A stretch of 64,000 bases of DNA from an uncultured Nitrososphaerota archaeon (GCA_963701075.1 OY969559.1:1312001-1376000), one strand, 5' to 3'. Shown: positions 10,120 through 20,824, counted from the stretch's first letter. Numbers and translations: made by a program. The notes: generated from the letters alone by a model not told the origin.

Positions 10120-12633
10120 CTATTTTTTAATGTTAGTTCTATTTGTAGCGTTTCTCTTTAACAAATGGATATTTTTCTTCTTTATTAGAATTCCTCCAGC
10201 TGCTATTGTTCCAATCACCGCGAATGGTAAAGGATCTACTCCATTGATTTTGAATGATTTGAAATTGGATGGTGTAGAAGCAGATGTAGTGTTAGTGCTA
10301 TTTGTTACAATTTGGGTTGAATTTATTTTAATCAAATCTTTGATCTCCGTAGGGCTGAATCCTGAACCTGATACCACAGAATCAAGGTTAATTATTCCCG
10401 TAGAGTTTGACATGAGAGATATGCTGGCAACACCGTTTTGGTTTGTTGTCTTATCCGAACTCTGTATGTTTGCTCCGATTGCTTTCCAATCTACGTTCAT
10501 GTCTGGAAGGGGCTTCCCGTATCTTTGTGCCGTTACGTTGGCAAAGAATGTTTCCTCAGGTAGAACCGTTTTTGGAGACTTGATGGTTACGGTTGGTGAC
10601 ATACTTTCAACATTAACTTTGTATGTTGCAAGTGGTAAGTTGTTTGCTATTACTGAGACTGTGGCACTTCCAGGTAACTTTGGGATTGCATCAAAATTGG
10701 CATAGTAATTTCCTTTGGAGATGGTTATATTTGATGGCGGTAGTATGACTGAATCATTACTTGAAACTAACCTCATGTTGGTATCTTCATCGGTATATCT
10801 TGGATTCGAATTTGAATCAAAAACTTGTATATCCATAAGATTGGTAAAATTGGCAAGCAAAGGATCAGGATAATCCAAATTTGCCATTGCGGGGGATGAA
10901 CTAACAGAACTTAATGCAAGACTGGTTGGATAACCGCCTGTAATTATATTGAGAGTTGTGGATCCATCTTTCAATGATTTGGCATTAAACAGATCTATAG
11001 AATCTCCATTTGATATTTTTTTAGGCTCGACACTAAAATAGTCATTAGGTAATATGGTGGGGGTATAATCACTTGGAAAATATGTTAGTGCGCCAGATGA
11101 ATCCACTAAATATAAAGCCAGAGGGAAATTTGATTGGCTCAACGCTTTTGATACCAGCGAATTTGCAACAAGATTGAGGGAATTCGCTGAAGATGCATTT
11201 ATTGCTGCTTCTACAATTGTATCATTATAAGTAATAACATGTAGTGGTATTACAGACGGTAATCCAGCTGCTCCTGAGACGGCAGATGGCGGCGGAGCGG
11301 TATTTCCTACCTTGCCAAAGACTAATGCAGATCCTTGGCCTCTGGCCATGTCTACGGGGGCCACTGAAAGATAGTTTGAGTCTGAAGAATCAACCTCAAT
11401 TTGTAGATCTCTGCTTGCAATAACGGGATTACCTTGAGGATCTTCTAAATGCATTATTCCTATTAATTCATTATTTCCAGTTGCCAATATGGGCAACATA
11501 TCAAGTTTTGCAGATTTATCATCCAGAAATTGTGATGTGACTGTTGTCAACTGCACTGGAGTAGCCAAAAACGTAGTGGTATCTGGTGCAACACAGCCTG
11601 TAAGCTCTATACAATCTGCAGGCCATGCAGTATGATTTGATACGCTGTATCCCTGTGGAGCAGATAGGCCTATGTTGAATGTTCCGACTAAACCAGCTTT
11701 TATTTCGATTGTGGTATATCCTTCATAATCTCCTTTCTTTATGATCAATGGAATGTTGGAGCTCATAAGTTGGTCTTGTGGACTGGTGTTAACTAAACCT
11801 GTAGCTGTTGCATTTGATATCAATACTGAAATAGGGATGTCTTGATTTGCCACCACTTCATTGTTCGAATTATCTTTTAGTTGTGCCACAACGTATGCAA
11901 TTGACCCTGCAAAATCATTAATCTTTGCTGGATATACATAGGCTTGAATAGTTGGCGTGTCGGCAGAAGTTATGGTAACTGTCGTACTTACGGACTGAAA
12001 TGAAGAGGCAGATGCAAATATCTTGGCTGAACCTGTCTGACCTATTTCAAACCGCCCTATCGTGTAGTAGTGACCGCTTTTTATAATCAGATGAGATGTA
12101 GTTAAACTAAGAGTACTGTTATCAGTTGTTGCAACCGTAATTGGAATGTCTGTTTGTGTAGTTGCTGGAAGACCGTCACTATTGACTAATTCTACTGAAA
12201 AATACCCTGTCTTTGGTCCATTGATTGAAAATGACGAGGGCGTAGCTTTGATAAGCAAGCTAGTTGGAGCAGCTTCGTCACTATACACTGTAATAGGGAA
12301 TTCCTGAGATGAAAAACCTGGTGCGGCAAGTACTATGTTTGCAGTACCTGGGTTATTTGCTCTGATTTCTATATGAGTTATGAAACTTGTATCGTTATCT
12401 TCCACCCCGACAACTTGAACTATGGTGGAGTCTGTAGAGGAAAATACCATGTTTTGAATTTTTGTGGGAGACACATGTCCGTTGTAAAGCGCATATACCT
12501 CCAAAGTCCCATTTGAGTTTTCAATCATCTTATCTGGTATGAGTCTAACTCCAAAGGTAGTTGTATCTTCAGCATACGATTTAATTGTTGCAAGACCAAC
12601 AATGAGAATTACTATTATCAATAACCTTCTCAA
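10120..12633 (-). CDS. Large cell-surface protein (signal peptide, beta-rich Ig-like repeats, S/T linker, C-terminal TM and basic tail)
   Basis: MRRLLIIVILIVGL signal; S/T/N-rich with many NxS/T sequons; ends FAVIGTIAAGGILIKKK. Confidence 0.8.
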   Translation of the reverse strand: MRRLLIIVILIVGLATIKSYAEDTTTFGVRLIPDKMIENSNGTLEVYALYNGHVSPTKIQNMVFSSTDSTIVQVVGVEDNDTSFITHIEIRANNPGTANIVLAAPGFSSQEFPITVYSDEAAPTSLLIKATPSSFSINGPKTGYFSVELVNSDGLPATTQTDIPITVATTDNSTLSLTTSHLIIKSGHYYTIGRFEIGQTGSAKIFASASSFQSVSTTVTITSADTPTIQAYVYPAKINDFAGSIAYVVAQLKDNSNNEVVANQDIPISVLISNATATGLVNTSPQDQLMSSNIPLIIKKGDYEGYTTIEIKAGLVGTFNIGLSAPQGYSVSNHTAWPADCIELTGCVAPDTTTFLATPVQLTTVTSQFLDDKSAKLDMLPILATGNNELIGIMHLEDPQGNPVIASRDLQIEVDSSDSNYLSVAPVDMARGQGSALVFGKVGNTAPPPSAVSGAAGLPSVIPLHVITYNDTIVEAAINASSANSLNLVANSLVSKALSQSNFPLALYLVDSSGALTYFPSDYTPTILPNDYFSVEPKKISNGDSIDLFNAKSLKDGSTTLNIITGGYPTSLALSSVSSSPAMANLDYPDPLLANFTNLMDIQVFDSNSNPRYTDEDTNMRLVSSNDSVILPPSNITISKGNYYANFDAIPKLPGSATVSVIANNLPLATYKVNVESMSPTVTIKSPKTVLPEETFFANVTAQRYGKPLPDMNVDWKAIGANIQSSDKTTNQNGVASISLMSNSTGIINLDSVVSGSGFSPTEIKDLIKINSTQIVTNSTNTTSASTPSNFKSFKINGVDPLPFAVIGTIAAGGILIKKKNIHLLKRNATNRTNIKK

Positions 12634-12747
12634 TACATGTTTTTATAAAGAAAATTCTCATATAAGATACTGTATGGTTTTTTTGAACGAATTTTAGGTA
12701 TTATCGTACATAATGTGAATAAACTAGATCAATCTACAAAAAAGGTG

Positions 12748-13561
12748 TCAGGTAGATTGGTATACAACTTCTAGAGGTTTTGACTTTTTCCACAAGTGAG
12801 AACATAGGCTGTAGATGTTGTTGACTATTTCTATGGAATTTGTATGAACGATTGAATCTGTATCGTCGTTTAGATCCATAGAACCTTTCATTGATCCTGA
12901 CATGATGATCTGTTTGTCTTTTTCTCCAACAATTCTTCCTTTGGAAGGAAGTTTTCCAAGTCTGGTCTCACTCAGCTCCCAATCTATTAACAAGCTGGAT
13001 GGCTTGTTTGTTTTCAATCTCTGTCACTATTCTTACTTCGCCTCCTTTTTTGATGCATTCTTTTATCTTTTCAGGTATGGCGGTATGATACATTCTCATG
13101 ATGTCTTCAACTGTGGTCACGATATATACGACATCAGTAGACTCTGTTATCATTTTACCTATGCGTGAATAAATGTTTGATCGTCCCTGTATTATGGAAA
13201 AAGAGGATAACTCCGTTGCAGGGGTGGGTCGTTTTAATTCATCCAAGTTTGTAATTAGTTGCTTTGAAAGTTTTTCCATTGTTATGATTTCGTCTTGTTT
13301 TTTCTGAATTATATTTTTTAGTGCTTCTTGTGGATCTATTGCTTTACATATTGTAGGATTGGATAGCGTCGTTGTAATTAGCCCCACATTTCTTAGTTTG
13401 TTCAATGCTCTGTATGCCTTCCCTCTGTCAACATCTAATTTTGCAGACAAACTGCCAACTGTAACCTCTCCTGTTCTTAATAATCCCAGGTAAATTTTTG
13501 CGTCGTCACCCTCCAAACCAAAATACTTGAGTGTGGAAATCAGATCTTCTTCGATACTCAA
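12748..13561 (-). CDS. TrmB-family transcriptional regulator (wHTH plus effector domain), split by a +1 indel at ~12973
   Basis: LKYFGLEGDDAKIYLGLL...YRALNKLRNVGLI TrmB HTH. The frame continues as SETRLGKLPSKGRIVGE after one base next to AGCT is removed. Confidence 0.85.
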
Positions 13562-13818
13562 ATTTCAATTGCTCCTGCGATTATGACCTGATCTGTATGC
13601 ATCTTATGAGAGAGGTCCTTACACTCATAATGATGAGAATTAGGCGTAAATTTAATAATGCTATGACTAGATGCCGGTTTTGCCATGCAGATCATTGAAG
13701 ATCCGATCTGATCCATATTGATATATAAGAAGATCGGTTCAAGTGAGCCAATAGACAGTCTATCTCTTTTGACTCCAGAGACAGAATCGGCTTTATGGTG
13801 GAATGAGAGTAAATTCAT
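13558..13818 (-). CDS. Hypothetical protein translationally coupled to the TrmB gene
   Basis: 4-bp TTGA stop/start overlap with TrmB, and an island-motif copy at 13860-13874. Confidence 0.45.
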   Translation of the reverse strand: MNLLSFHHKADSVSGVKRDRLSIGSLEPIFLYINMDQIGSSMICMAKPASSHSIIKFTPNSHHYECKDLSHKMHTDQVIIAGAIEI

Positions 13819-14522
13819 CTCATTAGTTTACAACAATATGAGGGATATGAGAAGATGTTTGTACAAAATAAACAAACGTTAACCCAATATTGTTATAAAA
13901 GACAGCGAAAAAATGCGAACTTGATTGTTATTTTTACACAAAATTTAGAACGATTTTCATTGTAATGTGACGAACAATGTAAACGTAATAATTTACTAAT
14001 TAAAATTGAATATCTACTTGTTGTACCGATAAAACCCCCGAATTAGATGTTAGGCGCATGTTTAGATTTCTGATCAATCCATTATCTGTAAAGTACATGC
14101 AATATCTAATAGGTTCATTTTAACTAATGATGGATTGAATTGATGTGGATCTATCTTTAATGCAGATCTATATCTGTCTGCAACATCAATTCATTATTGA
14201 TGATATATTTCATCATAAATCATAAACGAAGCGTATTTTTGTCTTTCATTACATATGATTACTGCCATGCTAGTTTCAAAGATTTAGTCGTTGACTATGA
14301 AATTGTTGAAAATCAGTCATGCCCATAAAATTAACAATATAGGTGCTTAACTTCTGACTGGTAGAAACTTAACTGCATTTCGCAATAAACTCGAGTTTTT
14401 GAACAACATGTCAGGTTTTCCTATTTTGCATATATTTCATATTGTCATTTTAGCTTCAAATATTTCAGGCGCTCAGTAAATAATTTTGAGATCTCTGGAT
14501 TTATTGAGGATCTGATGATTCA

Positions 14523-15227
14523 TTGCTAATGGTACTAGAAGGTAATGTGGATAGTATACGGGTTGTTTTAGCCTTGTCAATGCTGGGTTATGCTACTTAC
14601 TCTGATCTCAAAAACAGGGAAATCAGTGATTTTTTATGGGTGATATTTGGCTGTATATCGGTTGTTTTAATTTTCTTTTCATCTGACATGGTGCATTTAC
14701 TCACAAATGTAGGCATTTCTCTAATTATTGCTCCAGTGGTAGTTGTAATTTGGAGGTTGGGTTTTTTTGGCGGTGCCGATGCATTTGGACTTGTCGTACT
14801 TGCTGCTTTAGTTCCTGAATTTTCAATTTCAAATGGACTAATCACGCCATTTACTGTACTAACTAACTCTGTAGTACTTTCTATAATACCGATTCTTTTT
14901 AATATTTCGAGAAATTTGATATCTCTAGCAAAACATAAGAATATTTTTGAGGGATTGGAGAATGAAACCAAACGTAACAAGATACTTGCATTATTTTTAG
15001 GTTACAAAGCAAAAAATCCCAAGTTTAGTTTTTCAATTGAAAAACATGATGGTGCTAATCGAAGGCTTGATTTTTCGTTAAAAAATGCTGATAATGCCGA
15101 GTTCTGTTCGTCTCAAGATACTTGGGTAACACCAGGCATACCGTATATGATCTACATTACTTTGGGATTCATCATTCAGCTTGTGTATGGTGATATTATC
15201 TTTAATCTCTTTAGAACTTTACATTAG
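14523..15227 (+). CDS. Archaeal prepilin/prearchaellin peptidase (A24B, FlaK/PibD-like)
   Basis: Catalytic aspartates in YSDLKNREI and FFGGADAF; C-terminal WVTPGIPYM. Confidence 0.9.
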   Translation: MLMVLEGNVDSIRVVLALSMLGYATYSDLKNREISDFLWVIFGCISVVLIFFSSDMVHLLTNVGISLIIAPVVVVIWRLGFFGGADAFGLVVLAALVPEFSISNGLITPFTVLTNSVVLSIIPILFNISRNLISLAKHKNIFEGLENETKRNKILALFLGYKAKNPKFSFSIEKHDGANRRLDFSLKNADNAEFCSSQDTWVTPGIPYMIYITLGFIIQLVYGDIIFNLFRTLH

Positions 15228-15294
15228 ACAAACTGGTATTTTTAACCAGTCAAACGCGTTGAAAGTTTATTACCTCTCCAAAGTTAGTGAGGTT

Positions 15295-15705
15295 ATGGCT
15301 CTAAAAGCTGCTATCTTGATGTCAATAATCTCGATAATAATGTTGGCGATTTACGGTGTTGATGTTATTGTGGCAGGTCCTGAAGCGAGCTCAAATGGAA
15401 TGACCGGCTTTCTTCCAATGGATGATAAATCTAGGGGGGCTATATTTGGGATAATACCATCTGTAATGCTGATAGCATCATTTTTCATTACACGAAAAGA
15501 ACCATCGGGCACACTTGGTATTCTAATAATCATTGGAGGCGCCATGATTATTGTGGGTACAGGCGTGATTTTGGCAATATCTGGAGGTCAATCTCAAAAT
15601 GTTCAAACTATGCGAGATTTTGGACCAGTGTTGGGTATAGGAATTGTGATAATCTTTCTTGGCGGTCTTAAAATTAAAAGATCAAGAAGATCAGTTATGC
15701 CATAA
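15295..15705 (+). CDS. Four-TM membrane protein, unknown function
   Basis: Four hydrophobic segments; ATG at 15295. Confidence 0.75.
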   Translation: MALKAAILMSIISIIMLAIYGVDVIVAGPEASSNGMTGFLPMDDKSRGAIFGIIPSVMLIASFFITRKEPSGTLGILIIIGGAMIIVGTGVILAISGGQSQNVQTMRDFGPVLGIGIVIIFLGGLKIKRSRRSVMP

Positions 15706-15764
15706 ATTTCTGCACCTGATCTAATAAACCAAATCTTCAAACGCGAGTAACATTATGATAAAAC

Positions 15765-15911
15765 GTGCATATTTGTGCAAAGTGTGGGCAGGAGGCTAAA
15801 AAGGTGTATGACTGCGAACATACCGATGATCAAGAATACTGCGTTGAATGCTATACTGAGTTGCATTATTATCTAACGGAAAACACAAAAAAAGAAAGAA
15901 ACCCAATCTAG
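15765..15911 (+). CDS. Small zinc-finger protein (48 aa)
   Basis: Hand translation: MHICAKCGQEAKKVYDCEHTDDQEYCVECYTELHYYLTENTKKERNPI. Confidence 0.7.
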   Translation: MHICAKCGQEAKKVYDCEHTDDQEYCVECYTELHYYLTENTKKERNPI

Positions 15912-16086
15912 GTGTTTTAAAAGGTTCAACTAATTCTCTACTTGTAACAATATCACCTAATTTGAAATGCAGTTTTTACAAACTTGACTATTCATACTAT
16001 GTAACAATGAAGAAAATCCAATTGTGAGCATGACAAAACGATTGATATTTTTACTTGTGGCTTTCCAAATCTTTTAATTCCAAGTT

Positions 16087-16785
16087 ATGGGCTGTCTGTA
16101 TGTGAAGACAGTGATTCTGTCTGGTGGGATGGGAAAGAGATTAAGGCCATTGACCGATTATCTTCCAAAGCCGCTTCTACCTGTGGATGGCACGCCTATA
16201 ATAGAATGGCAAATACAATATTTCAAAAAATTTGGGATCAGTGAATTCGTTATATGTGCAGGTTATCGCGCAGAACAATTGATCAGTTTTTTAGAATCTA
16301 AAAATTTTGATGTAAAAGTGAGCTTTTCTGTGGAAAAAACACCTCTTGGTACTGGAGGCGCTATACGTAAAGCACGTAAGTATATTGGTAATGATGATTT
16401 CTTTGTAATAAATGGGGATGTTATAACTAATTTGGATTTGAGTAGGCTGAAAAAGAAACCTAATTCTATCGCAGTAATGCCATTGAGAACGAGCTTTGGT
16501 ATTGTGAATCTTAATGGGGAAAAAATTGAAAAGTTTGAGGAAAAACCTGAATTGTTCAACTATTGGATGAATGCGGGGGTCTACTATCTTCAAAATAAAG
16601 TCATAAACATGCTCCCGATGTCTGGCAATATTGAAAATACTGCTTTTCCGGCACTTGCCAAAATGGGAAGTTTATACGCAACTAGATACAACAAAGCGTT
16701 TTGGCATTCAATTGATTCACATAAAGATATTGATGAATGTACCGCCAAAATGCAATCAATTCAGTATGCGTCTTTTTTACAATAG
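16087..16785 (+). CDS. NDP-sugar pyrophosphorylase family nucleotidyltransferase
   Basis: ILSGGMGKRLRPLTDYLPKPLL, EKTPLGTGGA and VINGD. Confidence 0.92.
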   Translation: MGCLYVKTVILSGGMGKRLRPLTDYLPKPLLPVDGTPIIEWQIQYFKKFGISEFVICAGYRAEQLISFLESKNFDVKVSFSVEKTPLGTGGAIRKARKYIGNDDFFVINGDVITNLDLSRLKKKPNSIAVMPLRTSFGIVNLNGEKIEKFEEKPELFNYWMNAGVYYLQNKVINMLPMSGNIENTAFPALAKMGSLYATRYNKAFWHSIDSHKDIDECTAKMQSIQYASFLQ

Positions 16786-16793
16786 GATGATAC

Positions 16794-17768
16794 ATGTTGA
16801 GAATTGGATTTAGTCTTGGATCTTTGTTGTCAGTAAAAGAAACAATAGAATGCTCGCAAATTCTTTCACATTGTAACCCTGATTCAATATGGATCCCAGA
16901 AACATGGGGCATGGAGTGCAGTTCTATGTTATCTGCTATAGCACAGATAGCAAAAAAACCAAAACTTGGCTCATCAATTATCAACATTTATTCGCGTACT
17001 CCTTCACTTGTTGCAATGCATGCCGTAACAATCGATACCCTTTCTAGTGGCAGATTGATTCTGGGATTGGGGACAAGTAGCAAGGCAATTGTTGAAGATT
17101 GGCATGGTTTGGAATTTAAAAAGCCTTTACAAAGGATGCGAGAATACGTTGAAATAGTAAGGCATGTGATATCTGGAAATAAAGTTAGTTATCACGGTGA
17201 ATTTTTTCATCTTAGAAATTTTAATCTATTGACAAAGCCGGTAAGAAGCAAAATTCCAATTTATCTAGCTGCAGTTAATAAAAAAATGGTGGAGTTAACA
17301 TGGGAAATAGGGGATGGAGTCATATTCTATCTGAGACCTCTGGATGAGATGCGTAATATGATTATGATAATGCAAAAAAGGAAAAAAATTGATGTTGCAT
17401 GTCAATTGATAACATGTGTATCAAATGATGCAGAAAAAGCAATAACGAAAGCAAAAAAGACAATAGCATTTTATGTGTCTGTAGGAAAAATCTACAGGGA
17501 ATTCTTGGCAAAGAATGGATATGAAAGAGAAACAAGGGAAATATTTGAAGAATATGGAAAAGTAGGGCTAAGTGAAAGTTACAAATTTGTCCCAGATTCT
17601 ATGGTGGATTCTTTGGCATTATGTGGGACTCCTGATGACATGCAAAAAAAACTAGTCCAGTATGTAAGAGCAGGCGTGGATTTGCCCATACTTCAATTCA
17701 ATCCTGTTGGTGATGTTGCAGGGTCTTTCAAACTACTTGTTTCTGCCTTGGAGGGCGATATGACTTGA
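16794..17768 (+). CDS. LLM-class (luciferase-like) flavin/F420-dependent oxidoreductase
   Basis: WIPETWG, IDTLSSGRLILGLGT and IPIYLAA. Confidence 0.9.
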   Translation: MLRIGFSLGSLLSVKETIECSQILSHCNPDSIWIPETWGMECSSMLSAIAQIAKKPKLGSSIINIYSRTPSLVAMHAVTIDTLSSGRLILGLGTSSKAIVEDWHGLEFKKPLQRMREYVEIVRHVISGNKVSYHGEFFHLRNFNLLTKPVRSKIPIYLAAVNKKMVELTWEIGDGVIFYLRPLDEMRNMIMIMQKRKKIDVACQLITCVSNDAEKAITKAKKTIAFYVSVGKIYREFLAKNGYERETREIFEEYGKVGLSESYKFVPDSMVDSLALCGTPDDMQKKLVQYVRAGVDLPILQFNPVGDVAGSFKLLVSALEGDMT

Positions 17769-18874
17769 GAAGAGTAGGTATTGCATCATCTGGCATGACC
17801 AAATTCACAAAAAATGAGTTCCCGCTAGAATCACTCATGGTTTCATCTATAAAACCTATTTTTGATAATGCTAAGAACTTGACTCAGAAAGACATTGATG
17901 TTGTTCTGACATCTACTAATGCTAATGAAAAATATCTGGCAAACATAGTTTCAGAATTATCAGGAATTTCACCGAAAATTTCTCACTCCGTCGAAAGTTT
18001 GTGTAACTCTGGAACGAATTGCATAGTGTCTGCATTTGCATACATTTCATCAGGACTTGCCGATGTTGCACTAGTTGTAGGTGCAGAAAGAAGTAACAGT
18101 CCAGGTCTAGTATTTGAGTGGGATAAATCAAGAGGACAGTATAAACATCCGATATATTGGTCGTCGCTTTTTACAGGTGCCCACATGAGAAAATATGGAA
18201 CTACGCTGGATGATCTTGCGCATGTTTCAGTCAAGAATCATCGTAATGCACTAGATAATCCGTATTCTTATTTTGAGCGTTCTTATTCTTTTGAAGATGT
18301 TATGCAATCAAAGAATCTTACCGATAATGTTCGACTATTGGATTGCTCAATGCCGTGTAGTGGAGCTGCGTCAATTTTACTTGCTTCTGAAAACATCATA
18401 GAAAAATTCACCGAAGATCCGGTATGGATAAAAGGTATTGGGCAAAAATCGATTTCCGCGGGATTTACAAAAAATAATGATCTCTCATCCATGCAAAGCA
18501 CATCGATGGCATCTTCAGATGCATATCTGATGTCTCATAGTTCTCCATCTGACATAGATGTGGCAGAACTACACGACGCTTTTAGCATATGTGAGATAAT
18601 GGCATTAGAGGATTTGAGACTGGTAGAACGTGGACAAGGATCTACTTATGTTAAGAACTTGTATGAAACACATGACAAGAAAATTAATCCCCGGGGAGGA
18701 TTAATTGGTACTGGTCACCCATTAGGAGTTACTGGGATAGCGCAAACAATAGAGATGTATCAACAACTTAAAGGAACATCTGGGAAAAGACAAGTTGAGA
18801 GGGCCAAGACAGCATTAGTTCATAACATGTCGGCAGCTGCAACATCTTCCACCGTACTAATATTGCAATCATGA
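17765..18874 (+). CDS. Thiolase family protein (archaeal/SCP2-type acetyl-CoA acetyltransferase)
   Basis: SLCNSG Cys, AELHDAF and INPRGGLIGTGHPLGVTG. Confidence 0.92.
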   Translation: MRRVGIASSGMTKFTKNEFPLESLMVSSIKPIFDNAKNLTQKDIDVVLTSTNANEKYLANIVSELSGISPKISHSVESLCNSGTNCIVSAFAYISSGLADVALVVGAERSNSPGLVFEWDKSRGQYKHPIYWSSLFTGAHMRKYGTTLDDLAHVSVKNHRNALDNPYSYFERSYSFEDVMQSKNLTDNVRLLDCSMPCSGAASILLASENIIEKFTEDPVWIKGIGQKSISAGFTKNNDLSSMQSTSMASSDAYLMSHSSPSDIDVAELHDAFSICEIMALEDLRLVERGQGSTYVKNLYETHDKKINPRGGLIGTGHPLGVTGIAQTIEMYQQLKGTSGKRQVERAKTALVHNMSAAATSSTVLILQS

Positions 18875-19197
18875 ATAGATTTGAACAAGAACTAAAGAAC
18901 AATAATTTCATTTGTAGTGAATGCCCAAAATGTAAAAAACTTGTTTGGCCTCCCAGCGAATATTGTAACAAATGCTTTGGAGAAGTAATCTGGAGACCAA
19001 TCTCGCGTAATGCTACATTGTTAGAATATTCAAGCAGAAATGGGGAGTATTTCTGTATCGCTGAATTGGAAGGACAGATAAGAATCATGGGCACGATTCA
19101 AAATGTTTCGGAATTACATATAGGAGAAAATCTTATTTTGGAAAAATGTGATTATGATGGCAGTGAGAAATTTATATTTAAGTTAAAAAAAGATTGA
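18871..19197 (+). CDS. DUF35-family zinc ribbon/OB-fold thiolase partner
   Basis: CPKC...PPSEYCNKC; overlaps the thiolase stop codon. Confidence 0.85.
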   Translation: MNRFEQELKNNNFICSECPKCKKLVWPPSEYCNKCFGEVIWRPISRNATLLEYSSRNGEYFCIAELEGQIRIMGTIQNVSELHIGENLILEKCDYDGSEKFIFKLKKD

Positions 19198-19285
19198 AAA
19201 TTTAAAAATCTCTAAACCATGCGTCTATATGATTTACTCATTTTCATAAATTTGCTACTCGAATTATTGTAACTAGTTTTGAATT

Positions 19286-19646
19286 CTATGGGAATTTGAG
19301 AGTTACCTTTTCTAATTCCAATATTGGGATATAAAGGGACATGCTGTCACTACCAATTTTTTCAACGAAAGCAAAATCTCCCGTAAGACGTTTTAGTTCA
19401 ATGAATTTCTTTTTTGGTTTTTCAGAAATTATGAGATAATGTACTGCTATACCACCAATTGCTCCTGTTTGAATAAAAATCACATCTTGATTATTCTGGT
19501 TAACATGATAAATGAGTGGAACGGCTCCTAACATGGACTGGGATGAATATAAAATGACTTTAAGGAGGTCATCGTAACCCTTGTACTTTAAGTATGTAAT
19601 GGAAGAATCTTGTGATGATATGTTTGTCTCACTCTTGTTGCGACAT
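19286..19646 (-). CDS. Hypothetical protein (N-terminus probably frameshifted near 19633)
   Basis: The open frame extends upstream of 19534 (YLKYKGYDDLLKVILYSSQS) with no in-frame start; the ATG at 19646 is one base out of frame. Confidence 0.55.
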
Positions 19647-19772
19647 ATTAATCCTGAGGTTATTTGTTATTAAGTTTAGTATGATGATGTCTTGCAATCA
19701 TGGACTTGATGAAAATAGCCAGTTGGTGTTATTAGAATTACCAGCTAGTCTATTACTGAAGAGTATTTTATA

Positions 19773-20354
19773 ATGGCATTTATGGCAATAGAACAATTGC
19801 GTATCAAACAGTTGGAAAATGTGCAGAAAGAGACAAAAAAACACAAAAAATCAGTCAATTTATTGAATCAAAAAATCGCTAGAACAAGGAGACAGCGAGG
19901 ATATAATTGGGAAGATACTCTGGTCAAAAGATTCAATTCGGTTGAAGGCTGGAAAGCCTTTCGATTGGGGTCTCCCAGCGTGGGATTGCCGGATGTACTG
20001 GCTGTGAGCACAAAAGAAAACACAATTTACACTATTGAGGCCAAGTCTGGTACGAATACCGCTCTGTATGTTCCTTATGATCAGATCTTGCGTTGTTTGA
20101 AATGGATCCATACATTCGAACTTTATCGCACAAGAAAGATGGTAATAGCATTCAAATTTTTATCAAAGAAAAGGATAGGCACAGGAAAATACGAACACAG
20201 AGAACTACGAGAATATTATAAGATATGGGACGAATCATATCCTGTTACTGATTTTTTATGTACATATGATGGAATAACGCATGCACTCATGGATGGGAAA
20301 AGAAAACGATTGGAACTAGAAGATTGTTTTATGCCATTTCCTGTAAAAAAATAA
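19773..20354 (+). CDS. hjc: Archaeal Holliday junction resolvase
   Basis: RGYNWE...LPDVLA...IEAKS PD-(D/E)XK motif typical of Hjc. Confidence 0.8.
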   Translation: MAFMAIEQLRIKQLENVQKETKKHKKSVNLLNQKIARTRRQRGYNWEDTLVKRFNSVEGWKAFRLGSPSVGLPDVLAVSTKENTIYTIEAKSGTNTALYVPYDQILRCLKWIHTFELYRTRKMVIAFKFLSKKRIGTGKYEHRELREYYKIWDESYPVTDFLCTYDGITHALMDGKRKRLELEDCFMPFPVKK

Positions 20355-20440
20355 ATGGTATTTCCTACGATAAAGCCTGATTTTATATCATGTGTTGTAT
20401 CAAGTGATAATAATATGATTAAAAGACAATAACTTATTTA

Positions 20441-20824
20441 ATGACTAGTACGATAATTGAATTGATGAGTTTTGAAGACTTTGTAGACGAAAGAAGCTTA
20501 GTAAGTCACGATGCCTTGGGAACAAAAGAAATCAAGTTGAAGCTTTTAGAGGTACAAGATGATACCTCAGATCATGTATGGCGATTTGGGGTACGTGTAA
20601 AAGTGAAAAAGATTCTAGTTACAATAAAACACATTAGAACGCAACAGGTTGAAGAAGGAGAATTCGACCTACAGGAGATTGAAAAAGAACTGAAGGAAAA
20701 ACGACATTATAGTTCCACAAATAGGTGGGTTCAAACGACTGATATCAAAAATGGCTACATACTCAGTACTAGACATGCTTCATTGCTTGGTGACGCTGTA
20801 GCATTAGATTATATCGTCATTTAA
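20441..20824 (+). CDS. Hypothetical protein
   Basis: 127-aa ORF with a natural composition; no motif recognised. Confidence 0.7.
   Translation: MTSTIIELMSFEDFVDERSLVSHDALGTKEIKLKLLEVQDDTSDHVWRFGVRVKVKKILVTIKHIRTQQVEEGEFDLQEIEKELKEKRHYSSTNRWVQTTDIKNGYILSTRHASLLGDAVALDYIVI

Noticed and set aside
10091-10705. Long antisense ORFs (this one, 4098..4496, 58483..58887 and others)
   Set aside because: They are shadow frames opposite well-supported genes and have no recognisable motifs.
13819-14522. Pilin/archaellin gene or replication origin in the 700-bp intergenic gap
   Set aside because: I found only short stop-interrupted frames, with no class III signal peptide, no ORB repeats and no adjacent cdc6.
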